Shown here in pieces: positions 55,801-63,906 of a stretch of DNA of 64,000 nucleotides. Source of the stretch: Patescibacteria group bacterium (GTDB taxonomy: Bacteria > Patescibacteriota > Patescibacteriia > Patescibacteriales > UBA12465); the NCBI GenBank assembly GCA_041650715.1, contig JBAZKQ010000001.1, positions 659,913 to 723,912 on the forward strand, written 5' to 3'. The first letter of the stretch is position 1; each line of letters starts with the position of its first letter. The notes under the pieces were generated by a model, which saw only the letters and a program-made list of their open reading frames with translations, searched no databases and was not told the origin of the DNA. The position numbers were made by a program, and so were the translations under genes.

Positions 55801-58117
55801 AATAAGCCCATTCATTCAAATTCGCCGTACCAGTGGCGGTTTGTCCAATTATATCGTTACTAAAATCAGCGTTCATGACCAAATTAGATCCCCAAGTCGG
55901 TTTCACGCGGAGTAATTCTGTGCAGGCCTCATCCTTGCTATTACAAGTAGATGCATTTTTATTAAGATAAACGCTTTGGCCGGCGTTCCAATTAACCGTA
56001 TCCGTCGTCGTGGCATAAGCACCCGTAAGGGCATATTGCCGACAACCGGCGCTATCGGCATTGCAGCCGGCATAATTAAGAGTATTTTCTAAGTAAGAAA
56101 CACTTTTTCCGGTTAACGGATTGGTAAAGCTCTGGCAAGTATTATAAATCGGATCGCAAGATTCCGAAGCAAAATTCCAAGTTCTTTTTTCCTCATTACA
56201 ATAACCGTAGACCTCGCAGCTCCCGTCGCTCTTTTCCTTAATACAGGTCTGCTCATCGCCGCAATAATTTTCGGCGCGCGTAATGTTTAGCGTGCTCGGC
56301 GAATAAGGATTGCCGTTTAAGCCGGCGATGCTCGGCATCACTGTTTTATTGATAATCTGAGCGCTACTGCCTTCTTTGCGGCAATAATTTAAAGGCGCTT
56401 TAAGAACCCAATTAGGATCGACTAAACCGCGGCACCAAGACTGATTGCGCACATCAAAAGTTGAGCTAAATTGGTTATAAGAATCACTTGCATCATAGCA
56501 GGAAACAAGATCGGAAACGGTGGCATATTTTATTCGGCCGGTGTCGGTATAAGCTTTATTTATCGCCTCCTCCCAACCAATCGGCAAAATCCGATACTTT
56601 ACCAAAATATCAACATTACGTAAGGAATAAGCGTTATCCTGCGTGTCTTTAGTTATTTGCCAAGTACCGTTAATAAATCCTCCTTTAATCGCTTCGATCA
56701 CGGTCTTTTTCTCGGAAATTCCCTGCGCCAATTTATTATCGATAACACAGTCGGTCGGTCCGGGGTTCTTAGGATCTAAACAAATTGATAATTGGGACAA
56801 AATATCATAATCCGACTGCACGCCAAAATTAGGTTTCAAAATAGAGGCCGTCGCTTCCTGCAAATTGCCTTCACCATAGTTAACTGAATAATCTCCTTGG
56901 CTATCAGTTGGGTTAGCGGCTCCGCTCTTGGACACCGTATCACCTAAATTAGACATTAAAGTATTAAAACCAGTAAGGGCGATCTGATTCAAAAAGATAT
57001 TGGCGGCATCAACTACAATATCGCCGGTGGTCCGAGCGATCTGATTGGCGGCCGAACTTTGCGCAATTTCGGCTTTAGTCGCCGCGTCGTTCGGTATACC
57101 GATTAACTCTTTGGCGGCATTCGTCTTATTAAGCCAACCTTTATTGGCCGTCAAATTTAATTTCGTATTCTCATCGGTTATTGTCTGCTGGGCGAGCATG
57201 CCTTCACGCGTCGACATATAAATACCCAAATCATTAGCGGTCGGTTCAAAAAAAGAATTGATAGTTTTTAAAAAGTCCGCCGATTCATAATCTTTATAGC
57301 GCTGAACCTCGTCGCCCCAATTAGAAATCATGACTGAAGCGGTGCAATTCGGCGCTCCCTGGCGTTGTTGTTCAACCAATCCTAAACCGATTTTAACTTT
57401 GGCCTGAAGAGATGAGGGCTGACAAACATTAATTAAAGATTGTTGCGTCGAGGGTGGAATAGCGCTTTTAGTCGAAGAGGCAAGCGCGTATTGTGAAGCC
57501 ATCTGATTATCACAAGTAGACATTTGAGCGCGACAATCCTTAAGGCAGGTTAAAACAAAGTCCTGCTCTTCCGAAGCATTACAAACTCGACCGCCGCAAT
57601 CAACATTATGAGAAGAGCTGGCGGCGATACAAGGTTTAGAGCATTCCTGATACGCGTTCTGGCATTCGGTACTGATTGGCTTGGCGAGCTGCGTCGCAAA
57701 ACTTTCGATAAATTGCCCCGCCGCTTCATCGCCAATTTGGGTTAAATAATCGCCCCAGTCAGCCGTTATAAATAAAGGCTTTTGTCCCTTCCCACCCGAG
57801 CCTATCCAATTAGCCGTATCATAGGCAATTTTATTTAAAGCGGTGCGCGCCACTTGCTGAAAAGCGACTGAACCGGCCTTTTGCCAGAGAACCTTAAGTG
57901 CGGCGTTCATCTTATTCCAAAGACCGTTAGCACCCGTCCAGGCGGCCACAATCGGGTCGGTTACCACCGCCTGCGCGTGCGCCGTCTGCAAAGGGGTTAT
58001 TAAAAAAGAAAAGAAAGTAACAAAAATTAGCAAAGAAATTAATATTTTTTTGCTCATTTTTTTTGTACTCTTCTTCGCTGGGTTTAAAGAAGATTTCATT
58101 TGATTATTTATATCCAA
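49871..58117 (-). CDS. Giant secreted/surface protein (2748 aa as tracked), Cys-rich, modular, with a PKD-like C-terminus
   Basis: A single uninterrupted ORF. The tracked start is TTG. ATG at 58099 or 58057 (MSKKILISLLIFVTFFSFLITPLQTAHAQA, an ideal signal peptide) is more likely. Recurrent C-x6-C motifs, beta-sandwich-like modules and YWGDGT near the C-terminus. Confidence 0.85.
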   Translation of the reverse strand: MDINNQMKSSLNPAKKSTKKMSKKILISLLIFVTFFSFLITPLQTAHAQAVVTDPIVAAWTGANGLWNKMNAALKVLWQKAGSVAFQQVARTALNKIAYDTANWIGSGGKGQKPLFITADWGDYLTQIGDEAAGQFIESFATQLAKPISTECQNAYQECSKPCIAASSSHNVDCGGRVCNASEEQDFVLTCLKDCRAQMSTCDNQMASQYALASSTKSAIPPSTQQSLINVCQPSSLQAKVKIGLGLVEQQRQGAPNCTASVMISNWGDEVQRYKDYESADFLKTINSFFEPTANDLGIYMSTREGMLAQQTITDENTKLNLTANKGWLNKTNAAKELIGIPNDAATKAEIAQSSAANQIARTTGDIVVDAANIFLNQIALTGFNTLMSNLGDTVSKSGAANPTDSQGDYSVNYGEGNLQEATASILKPNFGVQSDYDILSQLSICLDPKNPGPTDCVIDNKLAQGISEKKTVIEAIKGGFINGTWQITKDTQDNAYSLRNVDILVKYRILPIGWEEAINKAYTDTGRIKYATVSDLVSCYDASDSYNQFSSTFDVRNQSWCRGLVDPNWVLKAPLNYCRKEGSSAQIINKTVMPSIAGLNGNPYSPSTLNITRAENYCGDEQTCIKEKSDGSCEVYGYCNEEKRTWNFASESCDPIYNTCQSFTNPLTGKSVSYLENTLNYAGCNADSAGCRQYALTGAYATTTDTVNWNAGQSVYLNKNASTCNSKDEACTELLRVKPTWGSNLVMNADFSNDIIGQTATGTANLNEWAYWSSTNTINSSRVASIVDAAQEPGGADGKALKLVVTRATGNISYPVVGMYSNTQYPLLPDNFQLISGQSYTVSADVYLAEGHLASLYLGNSADGFVQGTSVTGTWQRLSVTRVAGGSFSEPFFGINADSSTNDVKVYIKNLKFEISDFATGYNIYGTYKVYEKIIPPYLEAACYNNVSSATKDYRLRADAPAECANFARKCNQAEVGCELFTGVNNGLKVSAQVSSTDYCSGQCLGYDTYISRSSYFNSPQAVNIIPGNAQACSADAAGCSEFTNLDAVNQGGESKEYYTAIKQCIKPNPTQCGSFYSWEGVDSGYQLRAYSLKKDALGAPVVSSDDSALCNASIYNASLSDPTYNADCREFYNSAGQVYYHLISKTITCADNCHAYRMSEKNVDKTRLTAIACAASPDSSHWDAANSVCNVCSNGGTWDMLSNACIYQVIPGEGKTCQAAQNGCREYNGNSGNNVRTVSSYDFESDTQGWSSNCEGGVQLTTISNDKDGHSILYKDGATNCSVLASKGQSPVAKLPVISQVFASANVVAQLDVSNLVKQGKSYSLRFIAKASVDTKPQIYFSNNDAANPQKAYFASSTLVVKGGGEWNIYTTNLENLDHEITPAEKLLISANHDFYFDDVVLTEITDRYYLIKDTSVIPDICYYDMNDEYQGADYNLGCTQYLDRDNLKHNLRKFSKLCSDSAVGCEQVIATQNYSPYGAGLWNDTNANGTCESNEPDCIKVDRDKAMYVVYDAKKQCNSADLGCSRLGMSASGTGDWSDVYKENNPNLYDSILCGQGEVGCEEWKDSVGTLNYFRDPGSNACQYRSSQDTTIAGKAWYKIPVKRCDLNGSGTIDNLEKSGKICTIDSDCANPSCIIDTNDYLCSSSYLKTFGLGGSGNQVPTPDLQAGLCEAKAAGCSEYIDPVSQYVPNLVYNPSYELVGGKAEGWDSSFRQSISIEANKLYIFSTRNNSSSSETTLTFSSGVKELLSDNSLATTTNSIVIPAQTNQSRIFTSLSNTSVVVTGGAAGKTIELKNAITNYQLKTDMDKSSCNGIYNVDAGCILFNERSINGASGLVDLSNKWDAQASVSKAAPANCDSTVAGSCTANQLIKVSPNRVCSKWLDCMTYVQDPETKERTCYAVGECTRLNDQNECANFEDEATGNIKFDASGSNKNATGYYLLDKYHLANMTEVGVNTDAHFDFEDNVPALSCQRVGGGTCLFTKNIVSDLLVREPEKTPTDYPAHGASFLRVPASYLVSPQSSNNWTTVIPKSQYFVNFLLNTKNTGLGAYIKITEQTSTNGENTISSSTVYSNSGWSRQILAFNTGDNTKNIKIYIGTSDEKSDREIYIDDINIEPVLAVGKDAGGKTQYVARECRLYPTNDSLTCVNKNNNVLSDGWEGYCLKHDPNNKDVCLMWYPVDSISSSLTERNTSGYQGKFPLNYCTEVNGNFDLVEKRKTILIANSDTLGGCDSGNSYNGFQSLADSNTFCGADYVLLYYEYGHSVGNHDHCMGNDWCVPRKPGLIAQIMEGDIVRDTYSLNSGESTLLGVGENRTNGGESDPRLDVVVNSNGWYKYNGYAKNNTSIASCDDSKCTNLDEEKNADPAIRVLDYAHMPADEDGLKLISGTDQDKIFRLTCNNFVQAVDYNGDNQAWAVRTGINSLWSTTTPPYFTDHAASLWTFFGNVTSSIHKISAYGRNRQDTPFGAALWPDNFNLLSSEAVNLRNQFSAKNNESVLAGRPYGCSNYKKGAGNTTELGSGCSEIGYCSLDPNVYCLVGNGTSTDYVSRKTCSDGGFGSCVPLWSNYLGANDTLLNGGPDFKVILRNLFLKSYNSFGFSDGSYTTNSGSLDSTPGLCANGVRPVASYNSVSESAASFCAIKPRIGSDIKIKYKGQVVANGSTFTINEKGIYSLEFTTMIDPEQQPLKSIYIYWGDGTTQVITGQDSRSSAANPHIFYHYYKSTGPVTNFGIKILDNWGQDGYYGYSG

Positions 58118-58132
58118 TTATGATTATTTCTT

Positions 58133-58765
58133 TTATTGGGCGCTTGTACCGGCGGCCTGACTTGTCATCGCGTCCTGATAGCTTTGCAGTAATTGCTCGT
58201 CGGTAATCTGATCTAAAGTCGCTTGATCATACCCATTTTGACGTAAAATATCACGTAAAAACGCCGGGGTAATCTCTCCGTTCGGTCCCAAAAGGCTGGC
58301 CGCGGTACTCGTAGCACTTGGCGTTTCCGCTCCCAAGCTCTCCATAGTCGTGCTGGCGGCGCTATTTGAATTTGTGTTCGCCGTCTCCGAAGAAACACAA
58401 TTCTGGCCGGTCGGACAATTAGGATCCGTTCCGCCATCAACTTCCTGCTTATCACTCAAACCGTCGCTATCTGAATCTTCGAGGTAGGCCGATGTATGAT
58501 AAATATTTATTTCATCATAATCCGTTAAACCATCGCCATCCGAATCCTTAAGACTCGCGTCCGTAGTGGTAGCGGTGCTGCTCGGACTCGCATTTTTGGC
58601 AATGCTAAAAGGACGATTGAGCTGCGCGTTTAACTGAAAAGCCCAGAGAACAATGATTAAAATCGCAAAAAAAGCTAAAAAAATCACCGCCGTTTTTTGC
58701 TGACGGGGTAAATTTTTATTGCTGTTTGCATTTCGTCCCTCCTGATTCTGGCTTCTGGTTGGCAT
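58133..58765 (-). CDS. Membrane-anchored protein with thrombospondin type-3 (calcium-binding) repeats
   Basis: DSDGDGLTDYDE and DSDSDGLSDKQE motifs with an N-terminal TM. I trimmed the start to MPTRSQ (58765) to remove the overlap with rsmA. Confidence 0.7.
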   Translation of the reverse strand: MPTRSQNQEGRNANSNKNLPRQQKTAVIFLAFFAILIIVLWAFQLNAQLNRPFSIAKNASPSSTATTTDASLKDSDGDGLTDYDEINIYHTSAYLEDSDSDGLSDKQEVDGGTDPNCPTGQNCVSSETANTNSNSAASTTMESLGAETPSATSTAASLLGPNGEITPAFLRDILRQNGYDQATLDQITDEQLLQSYQDAMTSQAAGTSAQ

Positions 58766-58805
58766 AATAAACGGGATTAAAATAATTCCACTTAATTTGA
58801 CTTTA

Positions 58806-59666
58806 TTATACCATAAACCGGCGCAGCGCCGCAAATAATTTAAGCCAATCGTCAAGGCTTAAATCTTCCGCGCGCAAGTGCGGGTTAAATTTATTTTTTT
58901 CGAGAATATCAGCGATAATTTTTACTTCAATTTTTAGTCCGCCGGCGAGATTATTTTTAAGCATCTTTCGCTTGGCACTAAAACCGATTTTCGCCAGACG
59001 AAAAAATAATTTATCTTCTTTTAATTGCTCATCGCGATCAATTTCCGGACGCTTTTTTACTAAAAACTTAACAATCGCACTGTCGACTTTCGGCTCCGGC
59101 CAGAAATTCCCCGCTTTAACGGCACGAATAATCGTCGCGTCCGCATAATACTGCACGGAAAGAGCCAGTAGACTCATATCCGGCGCCGAGGCGATTATGC
59201 GCTCGGCCACTTCTTTCTGGAGCATCAAAACCATGGACTGCGGTTGATGTGCTCCCGTTAAAAATAATCTTAAAAAAAATGAGGTGATATTATAAGGAAG
59301 ATTAGCCACGATTTTATAGTTTTCTTTATCCTTAATGTGCTTCCCTAAATTAAAACGTAAAATATCTTCATTCACTATCTCTACATTTTCTCTGTCTTGA
59401 GCCGCCACGCCGGTCTGCAAATAGTTAGCGAGCTGGTCATCGAGCTCGACCGCAATCAAGCGCTTAACAAGAGGCGCCATTTTAAAAGTTAAGAATCCTA
59501 AGCCCGGACCAATTTCTAAAACTGTATCCTTGGCCGTAAGTTCGGCGGTAGAGACAATGTCGTCGTAAATCTTCTCGTTAATTAAAAAATTCTGGCCCTT
59601 GGTGCGAGACGGTTTTATTTCGAAGACGCGACAGATTTCCCGAATTTGCGGCAAGAGGTCAGACAT
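58806..59666 (-). CDS. rsmA: 16S rRNA (adenine1518/1519-N6)-dimethyltransferase RsmA/KsgA
   Basis: KGQNFLINEKI, LEIGPGLG and NLPYNITS motifs. Confidence 0.9.
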   Translation of the reverse strand: MSDLLPQIREICRVFEIKPSRTKGQNFLINEKIYDDIVSTAELTAKDTVLEIGPGLGFLTFKMAPLVKRLIAVELDDQLANYLQTGVAAQDRENVEIVNEDILRFNLGKHIKDKENYKIVANLPYNITSFFLRLFLTGAHQPQSMVLMLQKEVAERIIASAPDMSLLALSVQYYADATIIRAVKAGNFWPEPKVDSAIVKFLVKKRPEIDRDEQLKEDKLFFRLAKIGFSAKRKMLKNNLAGGLKIEVKIIADILEKNKFNPHLRAEDLSLDDWLKLFAALRRFMV

Positions 59667-59685
59667 ATTTATTTTATTTATCTTA

Positions 59686-62157
59686 TTATTTAATAACCAG
59701 ATTAAGTAGTTTGCCGGGGATGAAAATTATTTTTATTATTTCATGCCCCTCTAACCATTTTTTGGTATTGGCTTCTCGCTTCGCTAATTGCACGGCCTCG
59801 TCTTCGCTAATATCGCAAGACACGGAAAAATTGCCTCTTAATTTTCCGTTAATCTGCACCGCTAAATTAACAATTTCATCCTTAATTAATTTCTCATCAT
59901 ACTCCGGCCAAGAAGAGGCGAATAGGCTGCCTCCTTGCCCATGCTTGGCGGCCAGCTCTTCGCTCAAGTGAGGTGCGAAAGGAGCCAGAATCTGTAAAAA
60001 TTTAATTAAATCAGCTTGAGATAAAGGCAGAGCGGCAATTTTATTTTTTTCCTCAATAATCGCGTTTACTAAAATCATGAGCGCGGAAACGGCCGTATTA
60101 AAATTAAAAGCACTAATATCTTCGCCAACCTTTTTAATGGTTTTGTGGAGTAAGGCTTTAACTTTTTTATCTTCTTGAAATTTTGTTAATTCGCAGAAAG
60201 CCGCTACTTTATCAAGAAATTTACGCGCTCCGACCAGTCCCTTCGTATTCCAATTACTCGCCGCATCAAAAGGACCCATGAACATCTCATAGATGCGCAA
60301 GGAATCGGCGCCATACTTCGCGACTATCTCATCCGGATTAATAACGTTACCCCAGCGCTTACTCATTTTCCGTCCGTCTTCGCCCATAATCAGTCCGACA
60401 TATTTGAATTTGGTAAACGGCTCCTCATAACTCACCGCGCCGATATCAAAGAGAAATTTATGCCAAAACCGCGCGTAAATTAAATGACGCGTTGCGTGCT
60501 CCGCACCGCCGACATAAAAATCAACCGGCGACCAATATTTTTCCAGATTCTTATCAACTAAGGCCTTATCATTTTTAGGATCAATATAGCGTAAATAATA
60601 CCAGCAAGAACCGGCCCATTGTGGCATGGTATTCGTTTCTCTCTTGGCCGGGCCGCCACAGGTCGGACATTTAGTATTAACCCAGTCACTAATGGCGGCG
60701 AGAGGCGATTCCCCGTTATCCGTCGGTTCGTAGCTGGCAACCTTCGGCAGGACTAAGGGTAATTCCGCTTCCGGCACCGGCACAACACCGCATTTTTCGC
60801 AGTGGATTAAAGGAATCGGCTCGCCCCAATAACGCTGGCGAGAAAAAACCCATTCTTTAATTTTAAAATTTATTTTTTTGGCTCCCAAATTATTTTTCAC
60901 TAACCAGTCCGTCATTTTGGCGCGTGCCTCGGGCGACTGCAGACCGGAATATTCGCCGGAGTTACGGAGCAGACCTTCATCAATATAGGCATACTTCCCT
61001 TCGTATTCGGTTTCTTTATCCGGGAAAATAACCGCCTTAATCCGCAGGCCATAAATATGGGCGAATTCAAAATCGCGCTCGTCATGAGCCGGTACAGCCA
61101 TAACCGCTCCCGTACTATAAGAATTTAAAACATAATCAGCGATAAAAACGTCGACCTCTTCGCCGTTAAAAGGATTAATCGCTTTTACTCCCTTAAGCTG
61201 CACTCCGGTTTTTTCTTTATTCAAATCGGTCCGCTGCAAATCGGTTTTGTTTTCGCATTCTTTAATATAGGCAGCCACTTCCGGCCAATTTTTCAGACTT
61301 GCTTTTAAGCCCGCAATTAATTTATTTTCCGGCGCCACCACGACATAAGTACATCCGAAAATTGTATCGACGCGCGTCGTAAAAACTTTAATTTTCGGCG
61401 CGGCGTTCGTAGTCGCCGCCGTTTGATCTGAGCCCTTGTCAGCGCCGTCCGCATAAACTATAAAATCTATTTCCGTGCCTTCGCTTTTGCCGATCCAGTT
61501 GCGCTGCATTTCTTTAATCGAATTTTCCCAATCGGGCAGTTTATCAAGATCGCTTAATAAGCGCTCGGCATAATCGGTAATGCGCAAAACCCATTGACGC
61601 AAGGGTTTTTGCACGACGAGAGTTCCGCAGCGCTCGCAGTGGCCGTCTTCCAGGTCTTCGTTAGCCAAACCGGTCTTACAAGACGGGCACCAATTAATCG
61701 GTTCAAACGATTCAAAGGCCAGTCCGCGCTTAAACATTTGCAGAAAAGTCCATTGCGTCCATTTATAGTACTCCGGATCGGTGGTGTTTACTTCCCGTTC
61801 CCAATCATAGCAAAAACCTAAAACCGATAATTGCTTTTTAAAGGTATTAATATTATCAGTGGTCGCCTTTTGCGGATGAATTTTATTTTTAATCGCGTAA
61901 TTTTCGGTCGGTAGACCGAAAGCGTCAAAGCCCATCGGATGAAGAACATTAAATCCTTGCATCATCTTGAGGCGCGCTAAAATATCAGTCGCAATATAGC
62001 CCTTAGGATGGCCAACGTGGAGGCCGACGCCAGATGGATACGGAAACATGTCCAAAATATAGTATTTCGGATTTGTTTGGTCGGTTTTCGTCTTATAGAC
62101 CTCATCGCGGGCCCATTTTTCCCGCCATTTTTGCTCTATTTCAAGATGATTATACAT
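59686..62157 (-). CDS. leuS: Leucine--tRNA ligase
   Basis: HVGHPKGY (HIGH) and KMSKRWGN (KMSKS) motifs, a CP1 editing domain and CxxC zinc motifs. Confidence 0.95.
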   Translation of the reverse strand: MYNHLEIEQKWREKWARDEVYKTKTDQTNPKYYILDMFPYPSGVGLHVGHPKGYIATDILARLKMMQGFNVLHPMGFDAFGLPTENYAIKNKIHPQKATTDNINTFKKQLSVLGFCYDWEREVNTTDPEYYKWTQWTFLQMFKRGLAFESFEPINWCPSCKTGLANEDLEDGHCERCGTLVVQKPLRQWVLRITDYAERLLSDLDKLPDWENSIKEMQRNWIGKSEGTEIDFIVYADGADKGSDQTAATTNAAPKIKVFTTRVDTIFGCTYVVVAPENKLIAGLKASLKNWPEVAAYIKECENKTDLQRTDLNKEKTGVQLKGVKAINPFNGEEVDVFIADYVLNSYSTGAVMAVPAHDERDFEFAHIYGLRIKAVIFPDKETEYEGKYAYIDEGLLRNSGEYSGLQSPEARAKMTDWLVKNNLGAKKINFKIKEWVFSRQRYWGEPIPLIHCEKCGVVPVPEAELPLVLPKVASYEPTDNGESPLAAISDWVNTKCPTCGGPAKRETNTMPQWAGSCWYYLRYIDPKNDKALVDKNLEKYWSPVDFYVGGAEHATRHLIYARFWHKFLFDIGAVSYEEPFTKFKYVGLIMGEDGRKMSKRWGNVINPDEIVAKYGADSLRIYEMFMGPFDAASNWNTKGLVGARKFLDKVAAFCELTKFQEDKKVKALLHKTIKKVGEDISAFNFNTAVSALMILVNAIIEEKNKIAALPLSQADLIKFLQILAPFAPHLSEELAAKHGQGGSLFASSWPEYDEKLIKDEIVNLAVQINGKLRGNFSVSCDISEDEAVQLAKREANTKKWLEGHEIIKIIFIPGKLLNLVIK

Positions 62158-62194
62158 ATGATTTAAGAGGGTTAATTATTTAAAGTTAAAGGTG

Positions 62195-62314
62195 TTGCTA
62201 AAGCTAAGGGTATTATTTTGGAGCGCCTGTAATTTCGTAGAGTAAAAACGAATGTAATGAGTTTTTACCCCAGAAATTACCGAAGCGAAAAAGTAATAGC
62301 CTTAGCTTTGCCAA
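62195..62314. other. 120-nt three-tier rod hairpin between the xth stop and the leuS start
   Basis: Outer 25-bp stem 62195-62219 / 62290-62314 (2 mismatches, 2 G-U). Middle stem gtaatttc/gaaattac (62229-36 / 62273-80). Inner stem gtaaaaac/gtttttac (62242-49 / 62261-68). 11-nt loop. Confidence 0.6.
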
Positions 62315-63085
62315 TTACTCCTTAATCTCAAGGCTAATCGGCGCATGATCAGAACCAACGGTTTTATCTAAAATATCGGCTTTTTTAAGCTGTTTTTTAA
62401 GTTTATCGGATACACAGAAATAGTCAATCCGCCACCCGACATTGCGCGCCCGCGCCCCGGCGCGGTAGCTCCACCAGGAATACTGAATTTTTTCGCCATT
62501 TAAAAGGCGGAAAGTGTCGATAAAACCAGCTTTCAGAAATTTAGTGAACCAGGCTCTTTCTTCCTTGGTGTAACCGGCACTCCCCTCGTTTTCTTTCGGA
62601 CGCGCCAAATCAAGCGCTTCATGTGCGACATTATAGTCACCGGTCACGATTACCGGCTTAGTTTTCTCCAGTTTTTTTAGATATTTTAAGAGAGCCTCGT
62701 TAAAATCCAATTTATACGGCAAACGCGATAATATATGATTCGAATTTGGGAAATAAACATTGACTAAAAAATACTTTTTAAGCTCCGCAGTTTGGACGCG
62801 TCCTTCATCGTCAAATTTCGCGATTCCGATACCATTAGTCACGCTCAAAACTGCCTTATTCCCCTCTTTAACCAAGATAGCTGTCCCGCTATAACCGGGT
62901 CGCCGGGCCGAATTCCAATATTCTGTATAATTAGCGAAGTCAAAGGCAATCCCCGCCCGAGAGTCCGTTGATATTTTTATCTCCTGAACGCACAGAATGT
63001 CCGGGCGCGAGTCACGTAAAAAAACGGCCAATCCATTCTTAGCCGCCGCTCTAATTCCATTGATATTCCAGGAGATTATTTTCAT
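62315..63085 (-). CDS. xth: Exodeoxyribonuclease III
   Basis: MKIISWNINGIRA, LCVQEIK and a C-terminal SDHAP motif. Confidence 0.9.
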   Translation of the reverse strand: MKIISWNINGIRAAAKNGLAVFLRDSRPDILCVQEIKISTDSRAGIAFDFANYTEYWNSARRPGYSGTAILVKEGNKAVLSVTNGIGIAKFDDEGRVQTAELKKYFLVNVYFPNSNHILSRLPYKLDFNEALLKYLKKLEKTKPVIVTGDYNVAHEALDLARPKENEGSAGYTKEERAWFTKFLKAGFIDTFRLLNGEKIQYSWWSYRAGARARNVGWRIDYFCVSDKLKKQLKKADILDKTVGSDHAPISLEIKE

Positions 63086-63137
63086 AAATTATGTTATACT
63101 AAAATTATACTTTAATTGAGCATATTTTTCAATTTAT

Positions 63138-63887
63138 ATGAGCTTAGACGACAGAGTTAAATACGCGGAAATGAAGGCGCGGCATCAAAAAAAACTCCGC
63201 CCCTGGTATCTGAAGTGGTGGGGAGTAATTATTTTGGTCATTATCGGCCTTTTTTTGGTCGCTCTAGTCAGCGGCAGTGTTTATATTTATAAGGAGGTTA
63301 AAAATATAAAGAATGGTACAGATTTAAATTATCTCAAAGATCAGCACCAAGCTTACGTCGACTTAATTAATGGTCCCGGCGGATATACTATCGGCACCTC
63401 GAGCCCGAAAATAAGCGTCGTGGAATTTTCCGATTTCGGCTGCCCTTACTGCAAAGAGTCGGCCCCGGAAATAAGACAATTACTTGAAGACTATAAAGAC
63501 AGCGTGCAGCTCACTATTCGCGATTACCCGATTCACGATACCTCGATTGATTTAGCGATCGCCGCCCGTTGCGCCGGCGAACAAGGTAAATACTGGGACG
63601 CCTATGATTCACTTTTTTTAAACCAAGATAATCTTACCGCGACCAGCACAATTACCGCCGACCTATTATCTTGGGCCGATTTCCTGCAATTAGATACCGC
63701 TAAATTCGGGACTTGTTTAAGCGACCGCCGTTATCTTTCTCTCATTAAGCGTGACTATGATGATGGCAATTCCCTGCAAATTCAAGGCACACCGACTTGG
63801 TTTGTAAATAATTACCCGATTACCGGTGCTTATTCCGCTGATAAATTTAAAGAATTATTCGATGGCATACTCCAACAAATCAACTAA
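63138..63887 (+). CDS. Membrane-anchored DsbA-family thiol:disulfide oxidoreductase
   Basis: N-terminal TM and the [12 protein letters not shown] active site. Confidence 0.8.
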   Translation: MSLDDRVKYAEMKARHQKKLRPWYLKWWGVIILVIIGLFLVALVSGSVYIYKEVKNIKNGTDLNYLKDQHQAYVDLINGPGGYTIGTSSPKISVVEFSDFGCPYCKESAPEIRQLLEDYKDSVQLTIRDYPIHDTSIDLAIAARCAGEQGKYWDAYDSLFLNQDNLTATSTITADLLSWADFLQLDTAKFGTCLSDRRYLSLIKRDYDDGNSLQIQGTPTWFVNNYPITGAYSADKFKELFDGILQQIN

Positions 63888-63906
63888 GTCCAACTGGTCA
63901 ACTAAT

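Noticed and set aside
50990-57735. Multiple 60-138-aa ORFs on either strand inside the giant gene (for example 51253..51669 and 54355..54672).
   Set aside because: All are nested within, or antisense to, the uninterrupted 8.2-kb frame. Their composition is biased (His/Arg/Asn-rich) and they contain no motifs.
58766-58855. Long version of the TSP3-repeat ORF, which overlaps rsmA.
   Set aside because: The extension overlaps the 3' end of rsmA by 50 nt and adds a non-hydrophobic segment before the real TM. Met31 is the more plausible start.
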